Below, piece after piece: positions 34,304 through 46,744 of a DNA stretch of 64,000 bases (the first letter of the stretch is position 1; each line of letters starts with the position of its first letter). The notes beneath the pieces were generated by a model that was not told the origin of the DNA, did not search any database, and was given only the letters and a program-made list of their open reading frames with translations. Made by a program: the position numbers and the translations under genes. This stretch comes from Schizosaccharomyces osmophilus (taxonomy: Eukaryota): assembly GCF_027921745.1 (NCBI RefSeq), contig NC_079238.1:1674001-1738000 (forward strand), read 5' to 3'.

Positions 34304-34656
34304 TGGTTTACTTTTGTACATTACTACGGATCACTGCTCGCCCTTTTTCTTTCTTTTTTTTTAATCACTTGTGCATTGCTATGTGTGAATCAAAACTTTA
34401 TTTAACGTCTAGCTGTAACACTACCATGAAAAACTTCATTAAAACTTCATTTCACTTTTACAGATTCTCAAACTCTGATTTGACATTGCTTCAAGTTCCT
34501 TCTACCCAAAACTCTTGCAAACACTGTTTCAAAGCATTTTCATTTATTTTTTTATAATCTTCCACTAAAGGAACATTTCTCTTTAACTCTCCTTATAATG
34601 CGCTAAAACACAAGTAAGACAATTGTCAACACAGACCAAACACACATACATTGAGG

Positions 34657-35142
34657 ATGGCACAAAAAAAGGATGCATCGGTACTTTCCAATCAATTTCA
34701 GGCATCCATAGGAGTTTCTAGGAATTTGATTCACTCCTGGCTAGGAGAAGGAAGTCAATCGATTGACGATGAAAGCTCTAATGATCATACCAACTTGCAA
34801 GCAAGACCGACGCGTTTAGGATTAGGAGCAATGGCCAAGGAATCCTCCGCCAATTCCCAGTTTGCTTTCAAGAATGAGCGATTGAAAAGTCTTCCAGCAA
34901 CGCTGAGAAAAAAAATTGAACGGCAATTGCAGAAGAAGGAGCCGGTAAAAAGTAATGAAGGAACTGAACAATCACCTCAAAAGAGGAAGAGAGGAACAGG
35001 AGGAGATGAATTGAAAGAGGACAATGTCACTGATGAGAGTGACGATGAGGATTCAAGGATTCAGGTTGCGAACAAATCCAAACGCAATATCAATCAAGGA
35101 TCTGGATTCGACTTGTACAAAAGGCTTAATAAACGGAAATAA
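34657..35142 (+). CDS. Small conserved fungal protein (DUF3245-like)
   Basis: LIHSWLG and RPTRLGLGA motifs, NLS-like KRKR; ATG at 34657; syntenic with SPAPB1E7.01c. Confidence 0.75.
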   Translation: MAQKKDASVLSNQFQASIGVSRNLIHSWLGEGSQSIDDESSNDHTNLQARPTRLGLGAMAKESSANSQFAFKNERLKSLPATLRKKIERQLQKKEPVKSNEGTEQSPQKRKRGTGGDELKEDNVTDESDDEDSRIQVANKSKRNINQGSGFDLYKRLNKRK

Positions 35143-35510
35143 ACATGTGTCTATTCTTTAAAACGTTGAAGAATTGTATTTATGAGCGCCTTACCATAAT
35201 ATGAAGGGACAGCGGTTTTGTTTCATGGTAAGGAAACAGCAAAGATCATTTTCGTTTTTACGTAAATGTACAGCTGAAATTATCAAAAACACGCAAATAA
35301 AGAAGTAATTAACTCATGTGCAAAACTTTGGAAATTTAAATAGAATCAAAGGGTTTTATGGTAGTGAAATTTGTTACCAAAAAAGCGGAAAGTCGGTTTT
35401 TTAATAAAAGGAAAAAAATTTAAAACACAATAGGTTTTTCTTCTGGTATTTACATCAACTCTTGATTGTTTTTCATCACCAATACACTTTTTAGGGTCAT
35501 GCACCAATTG

Positions 35511-35919
35511 TTACATCTTAACAGTAACATCCAGCCAAGGAATATGAAACGTACGTATACCAGAAATCCATTGTAACCAAGAAAATCGTATCAACCTGTA
35601 GCCAGCTTCGCTGAATTCTTTGGGAAAAGGCTTTGGGTCAAACATGTATTGACTAAATGTAAAAAAAGGCGAGTCACTCCACAGACTTCTCGTATTGACT
35701 AAAATAGCCAAAATAATCATACAGTAAGGGCTGTCCAGTTTGTTAGCATTGGTAAATCCTTTTCCTCAAGTCATATTTGTCTTCTATTGGCACAAACTGT
35801 GCATGTACGTACCAAGGATATTTTCGAGCAATTGTAGCTAATATGAACACTGGATAAAATACGTATGGTGCTGCATTAGCAACCAGAAGCATGGGAATAA
35901 AATATCTCAGACATAGCAT
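35511..35919 (-). CDS. BC10/BLCAP family small membrane protein, 108 aa; intron 35731-35812
   Basis: Spliced product MLCLRYFIPMLL...RKYPCPYCMIILAIL matches the BLCAP MxCLxxxxPxLL and PCxxC signatures; syntenic with SPAC652.01. Confidence 0.88.
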
Positions 35920-36646
35920 ATTCGTGTCTCTTTGGCGGAGTGCAAGTAAGGTGGCAGCGTATGTACGGCCTTCGATTTTTTTAGCTACTACTTGAGGTAA
36001 CACTCATCTCGCTACTTAAATGAAAGCACAAAATTACATTCTGTTGTGTTTGTTTTCATCAAGTGCATAGAAAATAAAATGCGTTTCTTACCAAATTGAT
36101 CATAAAGAAGATCGTCTGTTTCCTTGTTGGACGGTTTTTTTCACGACATTGATGTAACCAGTATGCGACTCAAAAGAAAGTGCAATTTGGCTACGAAACC
36201 ACATGTGTAATCTAGAAAAGAGCCACCTAGTCCCTTATAAAAATAAAAGAACCAATTTTCCCTTGGATATATCAGCAATTCAATTGAACATTGACCAAAA
36301 ATCCAGAAGAAATTCTCAATATGATACTAATAGATGATATTTTTAATAAATCCGTCTATACGATAAGCACTTCCAAACAGTTTGCGTAATTTGTGGTGAC
36401 AAGTATACTACACTTAGCAATTCTAGGAGTAAGACTTGTTTTGTTTTGTTTTTTTGATTTGGAATTTTTTGTTCGAGTTACCTTGTTCGTTTCTTTAATA
36501 CGTGAAACCCATTCGACATCGTGGGCATAACTGAAATACAAACGTCTAAATATATCGGGTTTGCTGAAAACGGCTTTGGCGTTCAGAGCAAAATTCACAA
36601 ACTTTTTGTCCTTTGCCTTCTGCGACATTCATGTCCTTCATTACGA

Positions 36647-37564
36647 ATGAAATATTTTGTAGCATTGCGAGATTCTAAGGATGAACCATTAGTTCTAATA
36701 TCGAATTTTGAAGATGACTCTTTAGTCACTATAAGTGTTATGAGTTCAGAAAGCAAGTTTGTTTTACAAGGTATGGAATGCTGGATTTACGACGGAAGCA
36801 AAATATGGAGCTAATACAATTATGGTAGACAAAAACCAAGAATTCCGCAAACTACAATCCAACCGGCCTGTAGAGTCTTTAACTCCTCCTATAATTGAGA
36901 AATTGCTTTCCGGAGTATCAAATCCCAAATTTAAACTGCAGCCCGTATTGCTAGAGGATCTTTGCCGAGTGAGTTAATAGACGAGTTTTTCCTGGGTTTG
37001 AATTTCTTTCTAATATTTGTTTAGATTTACATTCTAATCGTCGATCCTTTTCCTTTGCGGATTGCTTGGTTCGAATTGGCCAAGCAAGCGCTGGATCCAA
37101 AAACACTGTTTTCCTCATTCTGGGAATGCAGCAGTGTTATCCAAGTAATAAACGATGGGTTTTTCAAACTGTATAGCTAACACAAATGTTCTTAGGATGT
37201 TGCCTTAGCCAGACTAGCTCATCAAGAGGAAGAAATGATACAGGTCGTGCAACACGCTCGCGACTTAGAAGCGGAATTCCTTATGAGAGAACGACTTTTA
37301 TTGCTGAAGTTTCAGGAATTAATTCGGGACGCCAAGAAGAAAGAAAGTGGAGATCAAAGTGGTTCTTCCATAGAAGAGGAGTACAATGAAGACTTGAAGC
37401 CTTCCTCTGTAAGTTTTATACCTACTGTTAAAGAGGAATCTCCATCAATACACTCTCCTTCTCCCACAAATAGTTTAGGAAGCCAACGCACCGCATCTGA
37501 GGAGTATGAGACCCATGAAACAGAGAAAACATCAGGAGAAAGCAGCGAAACCGAGTCAGAGTAA
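36647..37564 (+). CDS. xrc4: Probable XRCC4 homologue, 250 aa; introns 36771-36828, 36969-37024, 37145-37195
   Basis: Four exons splice in frame; beta-rich head, coiled coil (LLLKFQELIRDAKK), acidic tail; name supported by synteny with SPAC6G9.16c. Confidence 0.8.
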
Positions 37565-38052
37565 GATGCTATTAATGATTATGAACTCAAATTCTATACT
37601 ACACGTATTTTATTATTTTTGAACATCCATTTGGTATAATCGTCTATGTTTACTAACGAATCCCAACGTATCATATCAAGGTGTTTGTATGTCAAACTAT
37701 CAATTTATGACATTGACCCTTTATACTTCAATACCTGTACTTATACTTATTTACAATTATTGTAACAGGGACAAGAATAACCATTTTGACCGTCAGCTTT
37801 CACGCTCCAAAATTTACATTGGAAAATAAAGTTTCACATTTTACTGCAGTTTCTCTGTGATGTTGCAACTATTTCTACCAAAGATTTACAATTCTCTCTG
37901 AAAGTTGCGTACAATTTAGCCAGTATATGCTTTTTTTGCTTGCCGCTTCTTGTTAGAAAAAGGTGGCCCTGTCGAAGGTCCGTTTGCTGATTCCACTAGC
38001 TTGCTTGCTTTCTTCTTTATATTTACATTGTGATTTTATTTAATAAATCCAA

Positions 38053-39378
38053 ATGAGTTCTCAATCCATTTCGAACCGGAAACCAGTACGAAGAAGTACA
38101 CATCCGACTCTTCCCGACATCAATGAAGTGAACCGGAACTCTGGTGAACAGTTACTAACACCACCTCCACAACTCCATCGAGGTCAATCTCATTTACCTT
38201 CTCCAATTACTCCCACTCTTCCTGATTTACAATTGGAACCTACAAAAGATGAGACTCATAAGGGCTTACCCAATCTCCTAAGCCCAACACTTCCTTCGCC
38301 TTTCATGTTTGATTTAGATAATAAGCAGGAGACCAGTTTGTATGCCAATCCAGATGGTATAGAAAAGGAAGTGACTTATACAAAGAAAGATAATTCTCAA
38401 ACATTGGAAGTGTCTTCCGAAAAGACTACCCATTCGATCAAAACAGAACACCAAGAAAAATCTGATCCGATCGAATCTCCTGTTAGCGATAATCTTAAAG
38501 ATATTTCCGGAACAGACCAACCAGTCTCGAAACGAAAAGCTAAAGTAACGTTAGAGGATTATAAACGGCTCAAAATGCAAAACAAGGAAAATCCCAGTCT
38601 TGGAAGCCCAGCAAATTCAATTAGTTCTTTAAGCCCCTCAACCCCTCTTGTGCAACATCAACCGGATTTCGAACTGCTAAAACAAAACTTTATTAGACTC
38701 CTCGCTGATGGCAAGTTCCAGAAGAAGCTAGCAGATAAAGCGGAAAAATATTCATTTCTCTTTGCTATTGACGCTGTTTTATGTTATGTAGTTGCTTTTC
38801 AAATTCAGAATGTGTCTAACATTTCAAAAAATCAACCGGCTACCACCAGCAATTGGCGAACCTTACCTGCGTATATTGAATTCTTTCTTCGTTCCGATAA
38901 TGAATCTCTAGACCCCATTTTTCGAGGTCTTTTTCTCGGTTACCTTGGAATCGCTTTCCGAGAAATATTTAACATTGAACTTCTTCGTATGCAACACTTG
39001 CAACATTTCCTTATGAAAGATATTCGACAAAGCACTTCAGAATCAATTCCCAAAAGCTCCACTGGAAATGTTAAAAACATTTGTGAAAATGCCGTTCGTT
39101 TACATGATGCTTACAAGCGGTTTGTTGCAGCGATGAAGCAATGCTCTCAATTATTAAGCAGTAAATCACTGAAAGCATTTCCTATTACCTTGAAAAAATT
39201 TGAGGAAACTAATTCCACAAACCTGTATCCTCCGTTTTGTATACAGACTAGTATTGCTGATTCAATCGAATTTGGGCATCATATAATCACAGAATTCAAA
39301 GATCAACATGGTTTTACGTTTAATTCCAAAATGAATCACTCAGATTTATCGCTGTTACGCTCTTTAGAAAAAAAATAA
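38053..39378 (+). CDS. ebp1: ELL-binding protein Ebp1 (AFF/AF4-like)
   Basis: LPNLLSPTLP motifs, KVTLEDYKR motif, helical C-terminal domain; synteny with SPAC6G9.15c. Confidence 0.75.
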   Translation: MSSQSISNRKPVRRSTHPTLPDINEVNRNSGEQLLTPPPQLHRGQSHLPSPITPTLPDLQLEPTKDETHKGLPNLLSPTLPSPFMFDLDNKQETSLYANPDGIEKEVTYTKKDNSQTLEVSSEKTTHSIKTEHQEKSDPIESPVSDNLKDISGTDQPVSKRKAKVTLEDYKRLKMQNKENPSLGSPANSISSLSPSTPLVQHQPDFELLKQNFIRLLADGKFQKKLADKAEKYSFLFAIDAVLCYVVAFQIQNVSNISKNQPATTSNWRTLPAYIEFFLRSDNESLDPIFRGLFLGYLGIAFREIFNIELLRMQHLQHFLMKDIRQSTSESIPKSSTGNVKNICENAVRLHDAYKRFVAAMKQCSQLLSSKSLKAFPITLKKFEETNSTNLYPPFCIQTSIADSIEFGHHIITEFKDQHGFTFNSKMNHSDLSLLRSLEKK

Positions 39379-39820
39379 TACCTTGGCATTAATGATTTCA
39401 TCTAATTTAGATTTTCGTTAGGATCTTAGTTTATTCTTCTTTTTGTTATAGATTAATTCATCGAATTCGATTTATTGTATTAAAAATAATTATAGAATAC
39501 ATTTATTTTTAGAGCAAGAAATTTGCCAAATATAAAAAGTCTGTATGTTTTTGGTATCTTCGGTAGAAGTGTTCAAATGACTCAACATAGAAAATTAGAA
39601 ACTAATAAACAATCGTGAGATATCAAATAAGACATAACCGTCCTTTAAACTAGAAATACAAATAAGCGACAAGCAATGCGCTTCTATGCCAAGGTAATAA
39701 ATAAAGAGCGAATTTCAGTATGAAACGCCTTTTTCTAACTGGAATAGAAAATAATAAAAAGAAAAAAACCAACATTTAAAGGTTGTTTTAAGACTCTTCA
39801 GTATTATTGTACAGGTAAGG

Positions 39821-41984
39821 TTATTCTTTTTCCTTTAAATTGGGGCGTTGTCGCTCTAATTTTGAAATGATACGGCGACCACAGGGAGTGTTTTTGATGC
39901 TAGGTATAAGTGGCTTTATACGTTCAGCCAGCTTGATACGCTGCTTGGGATCAGCATTATCCAGGGCAGTCTGAATGACATAATTTGCGAAAGAATCCCT
40001 GAGCATTTTAGCCAAGAATTTTTCATCCATCAATTCAGCAATCAACTTTTCCTTTAAAGGGAAAGGTGAGTAAAAAATACACTTTGATTTTCGTTAGTAA
40101 GAAGCTTCATAGTTTTAAACCGTACCTTTTCTATAACATTAGAGCTAAATTTTTGTGTTGACAAGACACGGATTTTACTGACGAAGTGATTGACAATTGT
40201 TTCAGTATGTGAGGGATCGTTAAGTTCCAATACATATTGCAAAACATAGTTTCCAAATGCATCTTGGACAAGGAGTAAAGCATGAGGTATAATGTGTTGC
40301 ACCAACTGTTCGATTTGAGCTGGAGATGCATGATCAAAACAACGTTGCACCACACAACAGCCATGTCTGTGAGTAGATACATCGACTGGGTCATTGCAGA
40401 TGGCATCGAAAATAAACTAATAGGTGTTAGTGCCGTGCGAAATTTTGCTTTTAAAAAACTTACCTGGCAATCTTCATGAGAGAATTTATTGAGGCACTTT
40501 TGAATGACATGATTTCCATTCAAATCTTTTGTAAGCATTACAACATTCGGTCTGAGTGCATCCACGATACACGAGACTTGATCGGGTGATGAAACCAAAT
40601 CGATAATTTTTTGAAGAGCCCTTGTTCCATGCATATTGAAAGAAATGGGAACAAGCTTTGGTGCTATTATTTGAACAAAAGTAGAACGTTGGGCATCGGA
40701 CACATGCTCAAACAATTTTTGACAAAGGTAGTTGCCGAAAGCGTCAACCATTAGAATAGGAAGATAAGCTTGTGTTTCGTTAAAAACAACATCAACATAC
40801 GCGGGATTCTTCTTTTCTAAAAGTCGTTGTAAGTATCGACAGCCATGCTGATCCTTGCAAAACGATAGGATGTTATTAGACGGAAACGAAAAAGGAGCAA
40901 GGTTAGAAGACACAGCAGGCTGAGCGTTTGCTTCCTCTGGCATGTAAGCAGGAACACACAATGCAGAAGGATCTAGTAAGGTGGTTGGGATTCCTGCTGC
41001 TGGTACCACTGAAGCATTGGGAGGAAGAGGGGGAGCACTGTCGATACTTCCAGAACTGGCCGTTGAGGTAAAAGAAGCAGTTAAGGAAGGAGTAAAGGTG
41101 TCAGGCAAAAACGGTGATCCTGAAGAGCGCAATGACTGGAAAGAAGATGAAGTTTTCGAGGATGGGTAAGAGGTGGTTTCGCCATTGTAGGGAGGGGCAG
41201 TATTGGCAGAGGTCACGGGATTAAGACGTGGACTCAACGTGGGAGTCGAAAGCCTATGGGCGTTCGCAGGGGAAGGTGTTGCAGCACTGGAGTTCGAGGC
41301 AAAAGGGCTAGAGATAGGTTTTTTTAAATTTGAATTTGACACAGAAAGACTTCTCCTAGAAGCTTGGTTTGAAGAAGGAGACGAAGAAGGATAAGATGAC
41401 AAATTTGGCCGTCTTAAAAGAACAGGGATATCATCCATTGTAGTATTCATTTGAAGTATGGAAGAAGACAAATGCTTGGACCCAAGTCTAGAGTAGGAAG
41501 GGCCAGAAGGAGCAGGGCCAGTGGGAGCAGGGGGAGCTGCTGGTGTCGCTGGACCTGCTAAACAAGTGGCTCCGAGTCCATTTGAGAGAACGGGTGCTGC
41601 AACGGTTCCAGAGCCCGATGAGAATGAAGGACTGGAAGTCGGCTGTGGGGCCATCGGGGATGAAGAGGAATGGAAAAATTGGTAGGGAGAAAAAGTGGAA
41701 GTTGCAAAAGAATAGCCAGCAAGGTTGGGATTACGCGACAAGCTGTTGGAACGGTTTCCAAAAGCACCATATCCAACATAACCGTCAGAACCCGTCATCG
41801 AAGAAGGCAAAGAAGAAATAGAGCTATCCTTAAGCTTTGAGCCATTGGGAGCTTTAGAAGTATCCCACGACGGTGATTTCAACGCATGTTTGTTTTCAAG
41901 TTCGGGATAAGCAGTTGAAAGAACGGGAAGCGAGTATTCAGTAGACATAAGAGACGGTTGAGGTAAAGAAGACTGCTCCGGCAT
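39821..41984 (-). CDS. puf4: Pumilio-family RNA-binding protein; introns 40417-40463 and 40082-40125
   Basis: Eight PUF repeats (CKDQHGCRYLQ, DAFGNYLCQK, HGTRALQK, NGNHVIQK, FSSNVIEK, DSFANYVIQ); first in-frame ATG at 41984. Confidence 0.9.
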
Positions 41985-43075
41985 GCTACTACGCTTTAAC
42001 AATGCGATTGACCAATGTCTGTGGACATATATTTACAAAACTTTGAAGTGAGGAATTTACCAACGGATTAGAAGACAGAAGAAACCGTTTTCAAAACAAA
42101 AGAAAGGTTGCCTCAACTACGTAAACTCTCAAAAAACCCCAGTGTCGTCCACTTTTTAAGAAGACGATGGTGGTGGAACGAACGTTTGGAATTCTTGGAA
42201 GATTTGATAATCTGTCTTCGTAAACTTAGAGGTGACACTGTTAAGGTAACAATCCCAAAAAAACAGAAATAATAACAGAATTTCGCTTCTTTAAAGAAAG
42301 AAAAAGAATTTATTTTACTTAAGAAGCCAGAATTACCAACGGAATAAACTGTAGACGGGGCGTTTTGCTAAGAAAGCGTAGTTTGGTAAGCCGACTTTTT
42401 AACACCTCACAATGGAAGCACCTTTCGGAAGCATAAAGGAGCCTTTCCATACCGTATACATCTTCTTCTAGTCCCCAATCGTTTTTCTCCCTTTCATCGT
42501 TTATAACGGTAGGCTCTTCCGATTGCGGCAACTTTTCGCTCGCTTGCATTGCTAGCTGGCTTCTTCTGTAAGGTTTGGTTCCCTTCCTGCGAACTTTCTC
42601 ATCATTTCTGAAAAGTTTCAATGTTTTGCTTTACTCGCTATATCGGTCTCGCCAGCAAGTGTAAATCGACAAGTTGGTCTCTTCTTTCACCGTTTCTCAT
42701 TTATGCAAGAGAATTGAGCCCAAATCCTTCTCTTTTATTACAGAGAGGATATTCCATCTGTCAAAAGACGCAAATAAACTGTATGTCAACATACACTATG
42801 AATGTTGGATACAAGAGTTTGTTGAAGAAAATCATGACGTTTTCGCTTAGATAACTTTAATGCAGATCGCGATCTATGAATCTCTTCAGTAAGAAAAGGA
42901 AAACTACAATGTGATATTTGAAAAAGAATAGTATATATATTCTTTTTAACTAGTTTGACTTTGAATTTATCCCAATAAAAACATACAATGCGAATTGCTG
43001 AATAGCCTCTTTTCAATTTATGGTTCCACACAATGCTCCTTTGTTTCATCCTTTACCAACAAGTTCGTTTGGTCG

Positions 43076-43081
43076 ACGCGT
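43076..43081. promoter_or_regulatory. MCB element (ACGCGT) upstream of bqt1
   Basis: Exact hexamer about 60 nt upstream of the ATG of an early-meiotic gene. Confidence 0.55.
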
Positions 43082-43139
43082 CTTTTATTAAAAACCAAAA
43101 GAAAACATTATTGAAACACTAAACCATATAGAATTAAAC

Positions 43140-43668
43140 ATGTACTTCTTAACTACGACTTTAATTGCCTATGAACAAGATGGTGAAAAGTACTTGACGC
43201 AAATAGCCATTTACACTCAAATTCCAGTCTGTACAGACCCTTCCTGCAAGGATGCACAGTTCTTAAAACGAACACTTCTTCAAATCACCTTCAACGGTAT
43301 CCAGCAACTGTATACTACGTTTCCTAATATATGGCATTATGCTTTGCTAAGTAAAGGAAAGAAAGAAGAATCATTAATAAGTGTGGAAGAAGTACCAAAC
43401 TCTGAATTTCGAATCCATTATTGTATGTGTTGACAAGCCTTGTTCATGTTAGAATGGATTATTATGAAAGACATAATTAAATATGACCATTGCAAAAGCA
43501 TGAAAAGAAATTAACTCAATATGAAATTTAATTACTAACAGCATCTATATAGACATCTTGCCATGGACGAGACGATTGCGAGGCTATCAAACGATCACCG
43601 TTCAAAACGAAATACGCGTGCCTTTAATCAAAAGATCGGAGAAATGGAGAATACTCGTAGAATGTTAA
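43140..43668 (+). CDS. bqt1: Telomere bouquet protein Bqt1, 132 aa; intron 43423-43552
   Basis: GTATGT..TACTAAC..TAG intron gives a 132-aa product, the length recalled for Bqt1; syntenic between puf4 and cfr1. Confidence 0.85.
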
Positions 43669-43730
43669 ACCTAGAATGATTTAAAAAAAATATTAGTGTA
43701 GTATGAAAAAGAGAAATAATATTGCAATCG

Positions 43731-45440
43731 TTAACCAAGATTTACACTTTCAAAATCGTCTGATGGGTCCACCTTTGCTTGAGGTTCATCTAAACTTTCA
43801 GAATCTTTTTCTTCGGTGGACGGATCATGATTCTCAGTAACTTGATTTTCATCTTCGATATCCTTATTTAAGCTTCTGTTTTCTTTATTCTCAACAGTAT
43901 CTTTCTCTTGGTTTACCTCTTTTACGGTGTTGTTCTCATCAACCGCTTCTTCAGCAGCTCTTGGTTTATCTTCTTCCTTCAAAGATGTGCTCTCCTGTGT
44001 TTCGTCATTAACGTTTGTATCTTTCTCTTCATTGACTTCATGAGAAGGTGTTGCCAATTCTTCTTGGTCTGTTGACCACTTATTTACATGCTCGCCAGCA
44101 TTTTGGTTTTGAACTTCATTATCCGCCGTGATATTTGACTCATCACCTTCTTGAATAGGTTCCATATTGTTTTGAGAAACAACCTCTTGCTTTGATTGCT
44201 CAGATTCGTGAATGCTAGCATCGGTCCACTCGCCTTTATCACTGGCTTTAACTTTAACTTCAGATTTTGGATTGCTGAGGTTTGCATTTTGAGCTTTATT
44301 ATTAGTATTATTAGGAATACCGATATCGCTGGAAACATCAACAGATTGCTCTGCAGAATTAAGCGGGTTCGTGGAACTGGAGGGCTCCTTAGAAGAAGCG
44401 TCTGTCTCACCCTTGACCTGCAATTCTCCCACCTCACCCTGTTCTTTCTGTTCACTCTGTTGTTTCGTTGCATGCTCGTCGGCAGGAACATTAATATCTG
44501 CATTAGGAGGCTCTTCTTTAGGCTGATCCACAGCGGGCTCTTTTTCTGCTACATTTTGAACGGTAGAGGTAGGATTGGCAGTTTGTGCTTGATTATGAAC
44601 AGGCGGAGTTTGCACGCCGCCAACGTTCGGATGACTAATATTTGCAGATGAAGATCCACCAGAACGGTTTTCTATGTAAAACCCACTAACATTAACAAGT
44701 CTTCCTTCCGATTCACACTTCAACAGATAGTCGACACCAAGCACAGGGATGTTGGCGGTCTTCGCACGTTCATATTCACGACCACCAACAGAAGAGCAAA
44801 TGAAATGAGTTGTGTCAATTTGAACACTGGTTTGAATGGGCTTGGCATGGATTCTTTCGATGCACTTCTGCAATGCTTGCATTTCCTCGGGAACCATGTT
44901 ACCGACGCACACTTGAATACCTGTCAAGTCAATCATTCGAAGGGTTTTAACTTTAATATGTGTACTGTTAAAGCGCCCGGCTGTGGTGTCGAGAACGAGT
45001 GTGAAATCGTAGTCAGTGTCTAAAGACAATCCACTAAGTTTTGCGTGTCGTGTACTCAATAAATTGGTAATGTTTAAAGCACGAATATTGTTTTTGTAAA
45101 GGCAAAGGCTTTTCAGTCTTGAGGTTCCTAACTGTAAAGCATCCCACTCTAAAACGATACTAGTTTGGGTAACATTTTTTACCCTCAAAACAGGTGCTGA
45201 AGGAAGGTTCTGGCCATAGGCTTCATATATTTCATTTTGAATGTCGTCAAATTCTTTCTCACGGGAAGCTTCCTCCTCTCTATTATGGCGCACGGACATA
45301 TCAATAATGGATCCTGCTTTTACATTCTCAGGTAGCAAAACCGAGGGGAACTCTATAATATGAAATGAAGGTGTTAGCAGAATTGCCATTCCTGCATCTA
45401 TTTTGGCTACAGATACCATAAATTGATTTGCTTCTGCCAT
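43731..45440 (-). CDS. cfr1: Exomer scaffold Chs5 homologue (FN3 + BRCT + acidic tail)
   Basis: KIDAGMAILLT, IEFPSVLLP, TQTSIVLEWD and IDTTHFIC motifs. Confidence 0.95.
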   Translation of the reverse strand: MAEANQFMVSVAKIDAGMAILLTPSFHIIEFPSVLLPENVKAGSIIDMSVRHNREEEASREKEFDDIQNEIYEAYGQNLPSAPVLRVKNVTQTSIVLEWDALQLGTSRLKSLCLYKNNIRALNITNLLSTRHAKLSGLSLDTDYDFTLVLDTTAGRFNSTHIKVKTLRMIDLTGIQVCVGNMVPEEMQALQKCIERIHAKPIQTSVQIDTTHFICSSVGGREYERAKTANIPVLGVDYLLKCESEGRLVNVSGFYIENRSGGSSSANISHPNVGGVQTPPVHNQAQTANPTSTVQNVAEKEPAVDQPKEEPPNADINVPADEHATKQQSEQKEQGEVGELQVKGETDASSKEPSSSTNPLNSAEQSVDVSSDIGIPNNTNNKAQNANLSNPKSEVKVKASDKGEWTDASIHESEQSKQEVVSQNNMEPIQEGDESNITADNEVQNQNAGEHVNKWSTDQEELATPSHEVNEEKDTNVNDETQESTSLKEEDKPRAAEEAVDENNTVKEVNQEKDTVENKENRSLNKDIEDENQVTENHDPSTEEKDSESLDEPQAKVDPSDDFESVNLG

Positions 45441-46328
45441 TTTTTAAAGATGCTCTCGAACGATGGCACATGCGCGTTTGGTAGGTATGAATTCTAGCTA
45501 CATCAGCTAAGTAACATCGTTACTCGAAACCCACTAAAGATAAAACAAAGTAAAATTGCTTTCTTAAGGTGCAATGCATTGTAAAAGTTTCCAGTCGATT
45601 AAATACTTCATAGACCTTTTTTCAATGGTTTTTTACATCTAACACTGTTGCTTTTTTCGAAAGGCTGACAATCCATATTGACGAATCTGCTTCAAGAAAC
45701 AATGCTTACATATATAGATATATATATACTCAAAAACTGTAAGGCTCGTAAAAGAAAGGCAGTTATCATATACATTAAACATCAACTATCCTCATGCTAA
45801 ACGAAATGTCTTATGAAGAGTGACATAGAGCCACAAATGTTTGAAAATCACCAAGCAGGCTTCCATCAAATGCACCGAGTCTTTCAACCGAATGTCATAA
45901 TAACACTCGTAGAGCTTCACATAAGACAACATTAGGGAATCAAAGAAAGAGGATGTGTAATCTAACATATTCGTACTAATGCAATGTCTAGCTGAAACTG
46001 TAAATACAGCTTTAATTAAAAGCCCCGAATGCAGAAAAACCAACTCAGCATCATCACCCATCATCAGTACCAGGGGCTCGTTAAAAAAGGATATAAAACC
46101 TGGGAAAAGGGAAGTAATTGCTTAAGAAAAAAAAAGAAGCCAATATTTTCACGTTTAGAATGCAATTCTAAGCAACTATGAGTACATCCATAGAATCTGA
46201 AATTTAATTTTTTAGAGCATAGAAAAAGATAAGTAGTATTAAGCTCCAAAGCGAAAAAACTGTACTCCAGTCTAATCATAGAAAAGCCTTGCAACAAGGC
46301 AATTTCATACTATCGAGGGTAAGGACCC

Positions 46329-46744
46329 TTACTTTCCGTGAAACTTTGTTGCAATGGGAACAATAATAACGACTAGTAAAATAATGATACCAATGATGAT
46401 ACATAAACGCATTCGCATATCCTTCCACCACATCTTCTTGCGGACGCGATTGGCACCGCGACGAAAGCCTTGAGCACTTACAGCCAAATTGTCTTCATTA
46501 AGTGTTAGTTTTCCTTCTTTTTCACCTTTCAATAGTGCATACCTGTTTTGTCTTGTAAGGAATCGAGGCGTTCACCGCGCTCAGACACCTTCGAGATGTT
46601 CTCTCTCATAATGCCCACCGTGTCATCAATTTGCTGCTGAATTGCAGCTGTCTTCACATTGGGAGTCGATCCTGCCTCGGCATTGCCTACACGACCTGGA
46701 GTCGACGATTCCGTCGGAATATATGGGTCGTAAGGCTCGGACAT
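46329..46744 (-). CDS. syb1: Synaptobrevin R-SNARE, 121 aa; intron 46493-46542
   Basis: [38 protein letters not shown] and C-terminal TM. Confidence 0.96.

Noticed and set aside
40082..40125. AAG 3' splice sites (puf4 intron 2; also the syb1 intron)
   Set aside because: A known minor acceptor class in fission yeast, not novel
42319..42621. 100-aa minus-strand ORF upstream of puf4
   Set aside because: TTG start, no homology recognised, no convincing splice link to puf4
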